Positions 9,665 to 19,463 of a DNA stretch of 64,000 nucleotides are shown one piece after another; position 1 is the stretch's first letter; each line of letters starts with the position of its first letter. Origin of the DNA: a virus; IMG/VR virus record IMGVR_UViG_3300012663_000526, positions 43,951 to 107,950 of that record; one strand, 5' to 3'. The notes under the pieces were generated by a model, which had not been told where the DNA came from, searched no databases, and saw only the letters and a program-made list of their open reading frames with translations. The position numbers and the translations under genes are program-made.

Positions 9665-10000
9665 ATGGCATATATACCAACAAGATTTGCTGGTCCAGTA
9701 GCATTAACTACAGTTCCTATGTTGCTATCAACATTTTCAACATCAGGAATAGTAAAAGAATTTAATATGACAAACACAAGCAGCGGAGTCCTTTATTTTT
9801 CTCTTGCTGTTGTTCCAAGCGGAACAGAGTACGGACTAGATTCTCAAAAGATATACACTCTTGTTCCAATTGATGGCAATGAGACAATAACTCTTTCACA
9901 CTCCCTAGTTGTAAATTCAGGAGATAAAATCTACGGTTTTGGCAGCATACCTAATCTGATTAATGCAACAATCAGCGGTGTGTCAATTACTGCCAACTAA
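9665..10000 (+). CDS. Small beta-sandwich virion protein, paralogue of 4496..4813
   Basis: 111 aa; LVVNSGDKI...ISGVSI. Confidence 0.55.
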   Translation: MAYIPTRFAGPVALTTVPMLLSTFSTSGIVKEFNMTNTSSGVLYFSLAVVPSGTEYGLDSQKIYTLVPIDGNETITLSHSLVVNSGDKIYGFGSIPNLINATISGVSITAN

Positions 10001-10027
10001 TCAAGATAAACTATGTAGGGGAGAATA

Positions 10028-11671
10028 ATGAAAATAGCACAGGTACTGTTTGATCAGTCCCAGCAATCATTTTCTGATATCTCTGGAAAAAATTTAGTAG
10101 TAGTAAAAACTGGAACATTTAAATCTACACCACCACTTACCTCAAGAACAAAGAATTCAGTTTTACTCGAACCAACTAATTCTTTAACAATACAAAGCGT
10201 TCCAGTAGCTAAAAGGACTCACGAAGAAGAAGATTTCTCTATATCATTTTACTTGAAGGTTGGGGACACCTTTGACACCAAAGAAGACATTTTTTATGAC
10301 TCTTCAAATGGCATAGGAATAAGCATGCTAAAGTCTAATATTATTTTTACAATAACAGACTCATCTAATAGCCAAAACTCCGTTTCTTATAAAATTCAGG
10401 AAATAGGCAATGCTTATCATATAGCTGCAGTGTACTCTAAAAGAGGCATGTATCTGTTTGTTGATGGGGTTGCTAGAGCAAGCCTAATGCTAGGTGCAGA
10501 GTTTAGCTTTAAGGCAACATCAAATATAAATTTCCTTATAGCAACATCTACACATTTCAATTTAATAGATAAAGTAGAGATATTTAATGAGGCAGTTTCT
10601 GATAATTATATAAGTTCAGAAATTAATCTAGATTCAGTCTACCAGAACCCAGGCCAAATAATGAGCCTTGACGATGCATCATATTTTAGTTTTTCTAAAA
10701 ACTTAAAGCCAATTAAAACTGGATTTTCTTACGGATCCAATAAATCACTATCTAGTGCAGCAATGTTCAACGTAGAAGAAATATTTGACAACTATGTAGT
10801 TCTGTCTGATGGTGAAGATTCTGGATACTTTACAGATTCAGTTTTCCTAACATCAGTTGATAACAATCAGATAGACTGGTATGGTGATTCTGGTGGAATT
10901 TCAGTGTCTTACAATACTGATGGCAGTAATACCTATGTTCCCATTGCTAACCACTCTAACATTTCAGGTTTTACTGGAGGCATGCTTTATTATAAAGTTT
11001 CTTTAACAAGAGATTACTCAGGAGCATCAAGCCCAGCATTTACTGGAATGGAATTTATATCTTATGACTCTAAAGAGTTTAGATCAGATAACACACTATA
11101 CTCTTTGGACACTGACTTTAATTATCACGTAGGGAAGTACTCTAACTCTATCATAACCCAATCAAAAGAAAACGGAATTAAAACATTATCTGGTGGCATT
11201 AAGTCTGCTGGAATAACAGCTAGATCTGTGGAGTTTATGTTCAACCCCTATGCGCTTGGACAGACATGTCTATTAGATTTGGGCGGAGCAAGATACTCAT
11301 GGTCAGGAGCTGGTAGCATAACAAAGACTGGGATATCTTCTATATACGTAAATGGAGTTAACTTATATAGCCAGACATCCATATCAAATGTATTTAATTC
11401 TGGTATATGGCATCACGTTGTCATAACTCTTTCTGAAGATCAAACAGATACCCTATATCTAAATCAGTCAAAGACAGGAACACTTATTGGTCCAGACAAC
11501 AGCTTTGCCCATTTAGGGATATATGATTATGATATGTCTGCAAAGGCTATTTCACATTATAGATACCTTACATCCAGAGTTTCAGAGGCAACATTGTCAG
11601 ATTCCATATCTATAGGCTCAGATTCATATTCTGGCTACAATGTGGACAAAGTAGTTCTTTCAACACAGTAA
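10028..11671 (+). CDS. Virion protein with LamG-like domains
   Basis: FSISFYLK..YHIAAVY..MYLFVDG..IDKVEIFN near the N-terminus; SVEFMF..WHHVVIT near the C-terminus. Confidence 0.6.
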   Translation: MKIAQVLFDQSQQSFSDISGKNLVVVKTGTFKSTPPLTSRTKNSVLLEPTNSLTIQSVPVAKRTHEEEDFSISFYLKVGDTFDTKEDIFYDSSNGIGISMLKSNIIFTITDSSNSQNSVSYKIQEIGNAYHIAAVYSKRGMYLFVDGVARASLMLGAEFSFKATSNINFLIATSTHFNLIDKVEIFNEAVSDNYISSEINLDSVYQNPGQIMSLDDASYFSFSKNLKPIKTGFSYGSNKSLSSAAMFNVEEIFDNYVVLSDGEDSGYFTDSVFLTSVDNNQIDWYGDSGGISVSYNTDGSNTYVPIANHSNISGFTGGMLYYKVSLTRDYSGASSPAFTGMEFISYDSKEFRSDNTLYSLDTDFNYHVGKYSNSIITQSKENGIKTLSGGIKSAGITARSVEFMFNPYALGQTCLLDLGGARYSWSGAGSITKTGISSIYVNGVNLYSQTSISNVFNSGIWHHVVITLSEDQTDTLYLNQSKTGTLIGPDNSFAHLGIYDYDMSAKAISHYRYLTSRVSEATLSDSISIGSDSYSGYNVDKVVLSTQ

Positions 11672-11694
11672 TCTAGCCATAGCCAATACAGTTA

Positions 11695-11723
11695 TGGACT
11701 TATACAACAGAAAATGGTAGAAT
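11695..11723 (+). promoter_or_regulatory. SigmaA-type promoter, probably leaderless
   Basis: TGGACT-17 bp-TAGAAT with an extended TG; ATG lies 6 nt after the -10; no SD. Confidence 0.6.
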
Positions 11724-11729
11724 AGAGAT

Positions 11730-12074
11730 ATGCTAAATAAATTAGGTAAAGCCAAGGTAATTGCAGACAAGACAAAGTACGGGGTCTATGTTTGGGAAAT
11801 GCCAGATGGTAAATGGGTTGGAGATGACGAAGGTCACTACATGCTTATCCCAGCAGTATTTGGGGATGCGGAAAAGATTAAGATTTTAACAGAAGCAGCA
11901 GAAGGATATGGAGTTACTGAGGGTGGGCCAAAGTTTCTTCCAGGTCGTAGAAAAGTTTCTGATGAAGAGTATGCTGCACAAGAAGCAAGACTGCATGCTG
12001 GTTTGACACCAGATCCTTGGGATCTTGGAGAAGGTTTAGATGCCGCAAAGAGGATGGTACAAAATGGCCGCTGA
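11730..12074 (+). CDS. Hypothetical protein upstream of the portal
   Basis: 114-aa ORF overlapping the portal start; YGVYVWEMPDGKWVGD. Confidence 0.65.
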   Translation: MLNKLGKAKVIADKTKYGVYVWEMPDGKWVGDDEGHYMLIPAVFGDAEKIKILTEAAEGYGVTEGGPKFLPGRRKVSDEEYAAQEARLHAGLTPDPWDLGEGLDAAKRMVQNGR

Positions 12075-13632
12075 GTTTGTTGAAGATACAGAGACAATTG
12101 AGATAAGTGGATCTGGCGACATGTTCGCTGGAGTTCGTGGAAATGAATACGGTGACCCGTTTAGTCGTGGTCTAGATGACGTAAAGAAGATGAGTGGGTT
12201 TAGTACCAACTTTAAAAAGAAGGTTGCTAGAACTGATTTTACAAAGTTCTTGCGTGGAGATGGCTCACAGAGTACAGCAATCGTAGAGCCATTTATGATT
12301 ACAGGATACAGCATCTTGGATGTTGTTATGCCACCTTACAACCTGGACTATCTTGCAAAGATATATGAAATTTCCTCACCACACTATGCTGCTGTCAACG
12401 CAAAGATTGCAAACATTGTTGGACTTGGCTACGACTTTATTGAGAGTGAAGCAACAAAAGAAAGACTTGCCGACATAGGCGGAGAGAAAGAACTTGAGAG
12501 AGCACGTAGAAAGCTTGAAAGATTAAAGCTTCAGATGCATACATGGTTAGAGAATACTAACGAAGAAGAAACATTTACTGAGACTCTAGCTAGAGTATGG
12601 AAAGACTACGAGACAACTGGAAACGGTTATCTTGAAGTTGGTAGAAAAAATACTGGAGAGATTGGCTATATTGGTCATGTCCCTTCAGCATCAATGCGTG
12701 TCCGTAGATTAAGAGATGGTTTTGTTCAGATCATTGGAAACCAGACTGTATTCTTTAGAAACTATGGAGATACAGATACTCCAAACCCAATTACATCAGA
12801 TGTCGTTCCCAATGAAATTATCCATTTTAAGAACTACACACCAACAAACGGTTTCTATGGAGTTCCAGATATTATTTCTTCAAAGAACGCTATGGCAGGA
12901 AACGAATTTGCTGCTAGATTTAATCTAGATTACTTTGAGAACAAAGCGGTCCCTAGATACATTATTACAGTCAAGGGTGCAAAGTTGTCCAACGATGCCG
13001 AAAGAAAGCTCCTAGAGTTCTTCCAGACAGGTTTAAAGGGCAAGAATCACCGCTCCTTATACATCCCACTTCCTTCAGATAACTCTGACTCAAAGGTAGA
13101 GTTTAAGATGGAGGCGGTTGAGGCAGGAGTCCAAGACTCATCATTCGATAAATATAAGAGTGCCAATAGAGATGAAATCCTAATGTCTCACAGAGTGCCA
13201 ATCAGCAAGATCGGAACACCTCAAGGAGTCTCCCTTGCAAATGCAAAAGATGCAGATAAAACATTTAAAGAGCAGGTATGTAGACCATCTCAAAGAACTC
13301 TTGAAAAGAGACTTGGTAAGATTATTGGTGAAAAGACAGACATGTTCTTGATCAAATTCAACGAATTAACATTGACAGATGAAGATACACAATCAAAGAT
13401 TGATGAAAGATATCTAAGAATGAAGGTCATTGTTCCTAATGAAATTCGTGCTAGAATGGGACTACAAGGTTTATCGGGTGGAGATGTACCTGTTGAATTG
13501 AACGCAAAAGCAGCCGCTGAGGTAACTACTCAAGCCACAGGCAATAGACAGCGAGATCAAGAAAGACAGGCGAATCAGGCAGACAACGGTGGAAGCAGAA
13601 ATGCTCAAGGCGAAGGCCGTCAAACCCAATAG
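12064..13632 (+). CDS. Portal protein (PBSX/HK97-like)
   Basis: Probable start ATG 12064. DYETTGNGYLEV, NEIIHFKNY..NGFYGVPDI, YFENKAVP, EILMSHRVP, PNEIRARMGL are portal motifs. Confidence 0.92.
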   Translation: MAAEFVEDTETIEISGSGDMFAGVRGNEYGDPFSRGLDDVKKMSGFSTNFKKKVARTDFTKFLRGDGSQSTAIVEPFMITGYSILDVVMPPYNLDYLAKIYEISSPHYAAVNAKIANIVGLGYDFIESEATKERLADIGGEKELERARRKLERLKLQMHTWLENTNEEETFTETLARVWKDYETTGNGYLEVGRKNTGEIGYIGHVPSASMRVRRLRDGFVQIIGNQTVFFRNYGDTDTPNPITSDVVPNEIIHFKNYTPTNGFYGVPDIISSKNAMAGNEFAARFNLDYFENKAVPRYIITVKGAKLSNDAERKLLEFFQTGLKGKNHRSLYIPLPSDNSDSKVEFKMEAVEAGVQDSSFDKYKSANRDEILMSHRVPISKIGTPQGVSLANAKDADKTFKEQVCRPSQRTLEKRLGKIIGEKTDMFLIKFNELTLTDEDTQSKIDERYLRMKVIVPNEIRARMGLQGLSGGDVPVELNAKAAAEVTTQATGNRQRDQERQANQADNGGSRNAQGEGRQTQ

Positions 13633-13640
13633 ACTAGTAT

Positions 13641-13672
13641 TTGCGTTTTAATCTACTAAGAGATATTATAAT
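13641..13672 (+). promoter_or_regulatory. SigmaA-type promoter, probably leaderless
   Basis: TTGCGT-17-TATTAT, with an overlapping TATAAT at 13667-13672 that lies 6 nt before the ATG at 13679; no SD. Confidence 0.55.
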
Positions 13673-13678
13673 AACACC

Positions 13679-15022
13679 ATGGAAATAACTAAGTCTAATT
13701 GGACCACAAGCGGGAACAACATTAAGTTGAGCATTCCGTTTTCAAAGGTCGATCAAAACAAGCGAACAGTGTCTGGGTATGCAACACTAGACAATGTAGA
13801 TTCACACGGAGATATTGTTTCTTCTGAAGCCTCACTAGGAGCCTTTATGAGATTCCGTGGGAATGTTAGAGAGATGCACCAACCTATGGCGGTAGGAAAG
13901 GTTGTAGCATTTGAACCTAAGAGTTATTACGATCCAAAAGAAGGTAAAGTTTATAACGGTGTTTATGTAACATCGTATGTTTCAAAGGGTGCACAAGATA
14001 CTTGGGAAAAAGTTCTTGATGGCACTCTTTCTGGTTTCTCAATTGGCGGATCAATTAAGAAGTCAGATAACGAATTTATTGAAGGTCAGGAAGAGCCAGT
14101 AAGAATAATTAAAGATTATGATCTGGTAGAGTTGTCCCTTGTAGATAATCCAGCTAATCAGTTAGCAAATATTTTTTCTATTGAAAAAGTTAATGGAGCA
14201 ATGGTTATGAAGGGAATTGCAACAGGAGTTACACCAGAGAATATCTTTTGGTGTGGACAAGATTCTATTGCAATAACATCAGAAAATGATACAGCAACCT
14301 GCGATAACTGTTCATGCAATATGGAACAAATCGGATGGGTTGAATCAACTGATGTTTCTAAGTCAGAATCAATTAAGCAAATTGTTGATTCATATATTAA
14401 AAAGAATTCTGAGATTGAAAACATCGCAGAAGAACGTCGTGAAGCTAACGACGGCGTTGATTTAAATAAAAACACAGCCAATGTAGGAGGTACAGAAGTG
14501 GCAGAAAATACAGAACTTCAGTCTGAAGTTGTAGACGCACCAGCAGCTGAAGCAGTTGTTGAAGCACCAGCAGCTGAGGAAGTAGTTGAGGCAGCAGAAG
14601 TTGCCGCAGAAGCTCCAAAGGGCGATGAAGAAGTTGTCGAAAAGGCAGCAGATATTCAAGAGGTCGCCGTAGAAGAGTTAGATTTCGCAAAGAAGCTTGA
14701 TGAACTCAAGTCGTTCTTCGCTGATAACTTTGCAAAGAATGCATCTGAGAATGCAACAGGTCTAGAGTCAGTACGTAACAATGTTGAGGAACTAGTTAAG
14801 GGTACAGAGTCAAAGATCGAAGATCTTTCAAAGAAGTACGATGAACTTTCTGGCATCGTAAAGAGCATGACAGATGCTCTTACAACAACAGAAAAAAGAA
14901 TTGATTCAGTTGAAACATCAACTGCTATCAAAAAGTCAGCAGACCTTGGCGGGTCCAATGATGAACCAATTAAGAAAAGCAAGTGGAACGGCACTTTCCT
15001 CGGTGTTCGTGAAATTCTCTAA
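13679..15022 (+). CDS. Prohead protease (HK97 family) fused to a scaffold domain
   Basis: VSGYAT..VDSHGDIV, REMHQ (His), GFSIGG (Ser), LVELSLVDNPAN; acidic Ala/Glu linker and coiled-coil C-terminus. Confidence 0.9.
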   Translation: MEITKSNWTTSGNNIKLSIPFSKVDQNKRTVSGYATLDNVDSHGDIVSSEASLGAFMRFRGNVREMHQPMAVGKVVAFEPKSYYDPKEGKVYNGVYVTSYVSKGAQDTWEKVLDGTLSGFSIGGSIKKSDNEFIEGQEEPVRIIKDYDLVELSLVDNPANQLANIFSIEKVNGAMVMKGIATGVTPENIFWCGQDSIAITSENDTATCDNCSCNMEQIGWVESTDVSKSESIKQIVDSYIKKNSEIENIAEERREANDGVDLNKNTANVGGTEVAENTELQSEVVDAPAAEAVVEAPAAEEVVEAAEVAAEAPKGDEEVVEKAADIQEVAVEELDFAKKLDELKSFFADNFAKNASENATGLESVRNNVEELVKGTESKIEDLSKKYDELSGIVKSMTDALTTTEKRIDSVETSTAIKKSADLGGSNDEPIKKSKWNGTFLGVREIL

Positions 15023-15045
15023 AGATAAGGCAGGTGAAAAAACAA

Positions 15046-16131
15046 ATGAGTAATGAACTATTAGAAAAAGCAGTAGTTACAGCGCAGACAGGAGCTAACG
15101 CTCTTGGCGTATCAGGCGATGATTCAGCTCGTGGTGGTTTATTAAAGCCAGATCAAGCTAATCGTTTCATCGACTATATGTTTGATGCAACAGTTGTAAC
15201 AAAGTTTGCTAGAACCATTCGTATGCGTTCTGACATTCAAGAAATTGACAAGATCGGTGTAGGCGAAAGAATCCTTAAGGTTGCTACAGAAGCATCTGAT
15301 ACAGGAGCAGCACAATCAGTTGTGTTCGCTAAGATCTCTCTTGCAACAAAGAAGCTCCGTTTGGATTGGGAGCTTTCAACTGAATCTTTGGAAGACGGCA
15401 TTGAGGGCCAAGACCTAGAAGACCACATCGCAAGAATGATGGCAACTCAGGTTGGTAACGACGTTGAGGATCTTATCCTTAACGGAACTGGAACAGGCTC
15501 AGATACACTTCTCAAAGCATTCAAGGGTGTTACAAACATCGCAAAGACAGAAGCACATGTTGTTGACGCAGCAGGTGCAACAATTTCTAAGGCCATCTTT
15601 AATGATGCTCTTAAGAAGATGCCACGTCGCTACAAGCAACGTCGCAACCAACTTCGTTTCCTTACAGGAAGCAACTTGGTACAGGACTACTTATACAGCC
15701 TAACATCACTTCCAGGATCACCAGAAGATATCGCATCTTCTATCGTTCGTGGAGATGTTGCAGCTAACAATGGTGCTCCAGGAGGAGTAATTCCTTTCGC
15801 ATACGGTATCCCAGTACTAGAAGTTCCACTTCTAGACGAGAACCAGACTGGAACATACTCAAGTCCATCAGGTGCACACGGAGACGTACACCTCACATTC
15901 CCAGACAACGTAATCGTTGGTGTGAAGCGTGACATTACAGTTCACCGTGAGTTCAAGCCAAAGAAGGATACAACAGAATATACACTGTTCCTTCGTGTTG
16001 GTACAGCAATCGAAAATCCTGACGCATTCGTTGTCGTCAAGAACGTTAAGGTTGCAGCAGGATACGATACACGTGACTTCGCAGCCCACACAGGCGGAAG
16101 CTACACAAATCTTCCAGCATCACGTCCGTAA
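15046..16131 (+). CDS. Major capsid protein (HK97 fold)
   Basis: Follows the protease; start ATG 15046 after AGGTG. GGLLKPDQANRFID, ELSTESLEDGIEG, DVEDLILNG; strongly biased codons; terminator follows. Confidence 0.92.
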   Translation: MSNELLEKAVVTAQTGANALGVSGDDSARGGLLKPDQANRFIDYMFDATVVTKFARTIRMRSDIQEIDKIGVGERILKVATEASDTGAAQSVVFAKISLATKKLRLDWELSTESLEDGIEGQDLEDHIARMMATQVGNDVEDLILNGTGTGSDTLLKAFKGVTNIAKTEAHVVDAAGATISKAIFNDALKKMPRRYKQRRNQLRFLTGSNLVQDYLYSLTSLPGSPEDIASSIVRGDVAANNGAPGGVIPFAYGIPVLEVPLLDENQTGTYSSPSGAHGDVHLTFPDNVIVGVKRDITVHREFKPKKDTTEYTLFLRVGTAIENPDAFVVVKNVKVAAGYDTRDFAAHTGGSYTNLPASRP

Positions 16132-16158
16132 TTATAAATTAGGACAACAAAGTGTGAG

Positions 16159-16190
16159 AAGGGCCCCTTTCTTTAAGGGGGCCCTTTTCC
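16159..16190 (+). terminator. Intrinsic terminator after the capsid gene
   Basis: AAGGGCCCC...GGGGCCCTT stem followed by TTCCTTT. Confidence 0.8.
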
Positions 16191-16206
16191 TTTATAGTCT
16201 GTAAAA

Positions 16207-16215
16207 TGCTATAAT
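16207..16215 (+). promoter_or_regulatory. Extended -10 promoter TGcTATAAT
   Basis: Restarts transcription after the capsid terminator; SD GGAG before the ATG at 16240. Confidence 0.6.
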
Positions 16216-16239
16216 TAAAACAAAGAAATGGAGAAATAA

Positions 16240-16632
16240 ATGTCATTAGAGTCAATGAAATTGGCCGAACTAAAAAAGGTAGCAGAAGAATTTGCGGTAG
16301 ATCTAGAATCTGCAAAGACTAAGGCTGAAGTTCTCGCAGCTCTAGCGGAAGAGGGAGTAACCTCAGAGCTTATTAATAATTTAAAAGCGGTAGAAAGAGA
16401 AGAGATTCCACCAGCACCAGTATTTGCTAATGCTGAGGAATTCAATCAGGACCCAAGCTCTGCTCTTGTAAAGATGGAAAGATTGAACAAAAGTTATGAA
16501 GTTTTTGGATATAGTTTTAGCCAGGAGCACCCATTTGTAGCAATGCCAATGGAAGCTGCCATGGAGCTTTTTGACACGCAAGAAGGTTTTCGTTTAGCTA
16601 CACCTAGAGAAGTTAACGAATACTACTCATAA
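16240..16632 (+). CDS. Head-associated protein with N-terminal Rho-N/HeH-like motif
   Basis: LESMKLAELKKVAEEFAVDL...TKAEVLAAL helix-extension-helix pattern; immediately after the capsid gene. Confidence 0.55.
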   Translation: MSLESMKLAELKKVAEEFAVDLESAKTKAEVLAALAEEGVTSELINNLKAVEREEIPPAPVFANAEEFNQDPSSALVKMERLNKSYEVFGYSFSQEHPFVAMPMEAAMELFDTQEGFRLATPREVNEYYS

Positions 16633-16643
16633 GGAGATAATAA

Positions 16644-17573
16644 ATGGCAGAGATTCACAGTGGCACCAATGGTCCAATCAACTTTAAGACCTATTATAAC
16701 GGTATAGCTAAAGACCCAGATTCAGGCCCAACCGTAACAATCTACTATGAAGATGCCACTACTGGAACAACACTAACTGCAAACAATACTGATGTTGACG
16801 CAGGAAGCTATTTTGTATACGTCCCAATTGTAGCAACAACTTCATACAAGTATTTTTACTTAAAGATTGACTATACAATTTCTGGAACAGTATTCTCTGA
16901 CCGCAAGCACTATCTTGTTACAAGACCATATGCTACAGTTTCAGACATTGTTGATTACTCTGGGTATGGCGTAGATACAGTAGACACGAACTATAAGACT
17001 TATGATGAGATCATGTCTGCTGAAAGATATGCAAGATTTAAGATTAATGCATTCACTGGACAAAAGTTTGACTATGGGCAAAAGTCCATATCAGTACTTG
17101 GAGACGGAGTAGACGTATTATTATTGCCAGAAAGAATAGAGTCTATATCTAAAGTATACGAGAACGATGTACTAGTCTATGATTCAGCATCTACAAACAA
17201 TCAAGTATCATTAAAGGTTACAGACACTAACTATGCAATTGCAATAGATAAGGGGCCAGGCCTTGAGGTATTTGAGTCTTATCCATATCAAGCAGATAGG
17301 CCAAATGCTGGTTACTTTAACAATGGATCAAAGTATACAGTTCAAGGAATGTTTGGATACAAGAATGTTCCAATTGAAATTTATGACTGCACAATTAGAT
17401 TAGCAAATGACTTTTTCCACCAAGACACCACATGGAAGGAGAAGTACGTTAAGTCTATGCAGACTGGTGACTGGAGCGTTGATATTTCTCCAGCGGCATT
17501 TACTGGAACGGGCAACTCTGCAGTAGACAGAATGCTTGAGCCATTTGTCGCTAACCGTATGGTGGTTATTTAA
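16644..17573 (+). CDS. Head-to-tail adaptor
   Basis: Synteny; YATVSDI, INAFTGQKF, GMFGYKNVP, TGNSAVDRML. Confidence 0.7.
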   Translation: MAEIHSGTNGPINFKTYYNGIAKDPDSGPTVTIYYEDATTGTTLTANNTDVDAGSYFVYVPIVATTSYKYFYLKIDYTISGTVFSDRKHYLVTRPYATVSDIVDYSGYGVDTVDTNYKTYDEIMSAERYARFKINAFTGQKFDYGQKSISVLGDGVDVLLLPERIESISKVYENDVLVYDSASTNNQVSLKVTDTNYAIAIDKGPGLEVFESYPYQADRPNAGYFNNGSKYTVQGMFGYKNVPIEIYDCTIRLANDFFHQDTTWKEKYVKSMQTGDWSVDISPAAFTGTGNSAVDRMLEPFVANRMVVI

Positions 17574-18004
17574 TGTCAAGAGGCCTTATAGAATCTACCC
17601 TAAACATGAAGATGGATGTTTATGAGGTCATTGTTTCACAAGACGAAAATACTGGAGCCCTAGTAAAGAAGTGGGGCTATAAGAGTACTGAGCCATGCTT
17701 AGCCAGAGGATATATTTCTGAAACTGGAAGAACTGGCGGAAGCTCAGAAAAGACTGGTGAAAGATACGAAAATACTGAAAGAATAATTATTGAGACAAAG
17801 TATAAGACAACAAAGACACAGAGACTTACTAACATTAGAAATGATAGAGACGAAGTAATCTGGTTTGAATTAATTAGTAATAACTACGATACCCCAACTA
17901 TATTTGATGTAATGGGAGTAACCCCAGTACTTGATCCATTTGGACAGATATTATCATTCAACGTAAGCGCTAAGCGCTCAGAGGTACAGAAGCTTGAAGT
18001 CTAA
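17573..18004 (+). CDS. Head-to-tail stopper/closure protein
   Basis: Synteny and size (143 aa); beta-rich. Confidence 0.6.
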   Translation: MSRGLIESTLNMKMDVYEVIVSQDENTGALVKKWGYKSTEPCLARGYISETGRTGGSSEKTGERYENTERIIIETKYKTTKTQRLTNIRNDRDEVIWFELISNNYDTPTIFDVMGVTPVLDPFGQILSFNVSAKRSEVQKLEV

Positions 18005-18785
18005 CATAATCTCACAAATTAAATCCGCAGAGCAGGTTATGTCTATGGGCGGAAGTAGAGGTATGATCAAAGACAATGGATCAATAGCTAAGATAGCTTC
18101 AGCACTATATTATAAAGCAGCAGCATTAGACTACTTAGTTAATTCTTCATTAACACAGAAAGCAGTAAAAACAAGAATCTTTAATCAGATAAACAAAGAC
18201 TTTTCATTTTATACAGATGCACAGGCTAGGAGCTACACATCTAGGTTACACCATGTATATGAGTGGAGAAGGGCTGGAGACCCGTCAGCGAGGCTCTGGA
18301 GCCTTGATATGACCCCTTCTACAGGATACAACATGTCTCTATCATATTCTTTTAAGCAGTCTAGATCAAATGTTCCAAACACCAGATCATTAAAAAAATA
18401 TGTATTCAAGGAAAAGGCAAGAATTATGGAATATAGAATTCCAGTAACTATTAGACCCAAGGCTGCATCTATAAGATTGGCCTTTGAGGGAAGAGACGGA
18501 AAGCTAGTTGTTCTTCCAAAAGGACAAAGCGTTAGAGTTAAAAATCCAGGCGGAAACAATGTGTATAACGGATTCGGAAGAACCTATGAAAGATTCTTTA
18601 AAGGCAATATGGTTAAGACTAGCCTTGAAGATTCTGGAGTTAAGAGCGCAGTTACTAGAGCTACAAAAACCTCTACTAAAGTTCCAGCTATGATTTCAAG
18701 TAAATTGTCTATTGGAAGAATATCTCCAGAGGCTGTAAGATCACTTGCTAAGGCAAGCGCATTGAGGGAGGCTAACAAAATATAA
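17994..18785 (+). CDS. Neck/tail-completion protein (basic)
   Basis: Lies between stopper and terminator; TTG start; LHHVYEW motif. Confidence 0.5.
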   Translation: MKSNIISQIKSAEQVMSMGGSRGMIKDNGSIAKIASALYYKAAALDYLVNSSLTQKAVKTRIFNQINKDFSFYTDAQARSYTSRLHHVYEWRRAGDPSARLWSLDMTPSTGYNMSLSYSFKQSRSNVPNTRSLKKYVFKEKARIMEYRIPVTIRPKAASIRLAFEGRDGKLVVLPKGQSVRVKNPGGNNVYNGFGRTYERFFKGNMVKTSLEDSGVKSAVTRATKTSTKVPAMISSKLSIGRISPEAVRSLAKASALREANKI

Positions 18786-19330
18786 TGGCAGACTATTCAT
18801 TAAATGCAGCAGGAGCCGTAAGAGACTTCTTGTGGAGTAAGTTAAGCACAACAAATTCAAATGTAAAGTCTGGTCAGAAGATGTTTGAGCCATCAGACTA
18901 TCAGATTGATCTATTGAGCGGAACCGAATTTACAATGATACCTATTATCCCTTCTCAGCAGGATGCCTTGTTGGACGGAGCCCTAGCAGATAAAAATCAT
19001 ATTATCTATGATTATGTGGCGGACGGATATGAAGACAACTGGATGATATGTAGAGACTCAATGATGTTTACAATATACTCTAAGTCATATGCAGAGATTG
19101 CAGAGATTCAGAACCTTATGCTAGATCTATTCAGAAGAATGGACGATACAGCTAGAGACATAAACAACCATATAGGCTCAAATTCACCATTTATCTTCTT
19201 TTCGGTCTCACTGATAGATCTCCTTTCTCCAGAGCCAGAACGTGAAAAGGTTGGCTGGCAAGCAGGTCAGGTAGTAATCAGATATAAGTATGGAAGACAG
19301 ATCTCATCAACTACAGGTAGATTCTCCTAG
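18785..19330 (+). CDS. Tail terminator protein
   Basis: 181 aa immediately upstream of the major tail gene. Confidence 0.55.
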   Translation: MADYSLNAAGAVRDFLWSKLSTTNSNVKSGQKMFEPSDYQIDLLSGTEFTMIPIIPSQQDALLDGALADKNHIIYDYVADGYEDNWMICRDSMMFTIYSKSYAEIAEIQNLMLDLFRRMDDTARDINNHIGSNSPFIFFSVSLIDLLSPEPEREKVGWQAGQVVIRYKYGRQISSTTGRFS

Positions 19331-19333
19331 CCT

Positions 19334-19362
19334 TTGCTTTTTAATATGTTAGGCTGTATTAT
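19334..19362 (+). promoter_or_regulatory. SigmaA-type promoter for the major tail gene
   Basis: TTGCTT-17-TATTAT. Confidence 0.55.
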
Positions 19363-19463
19363 TTAACTATCGAGGATTTGTCAGCCTAGCCAGCTGTTCG
19401 TTTTAATTGGTAAGATTTTAAGCAATAACTATATCCACAAAAAAGATGGAGGTGGAAACAAAA

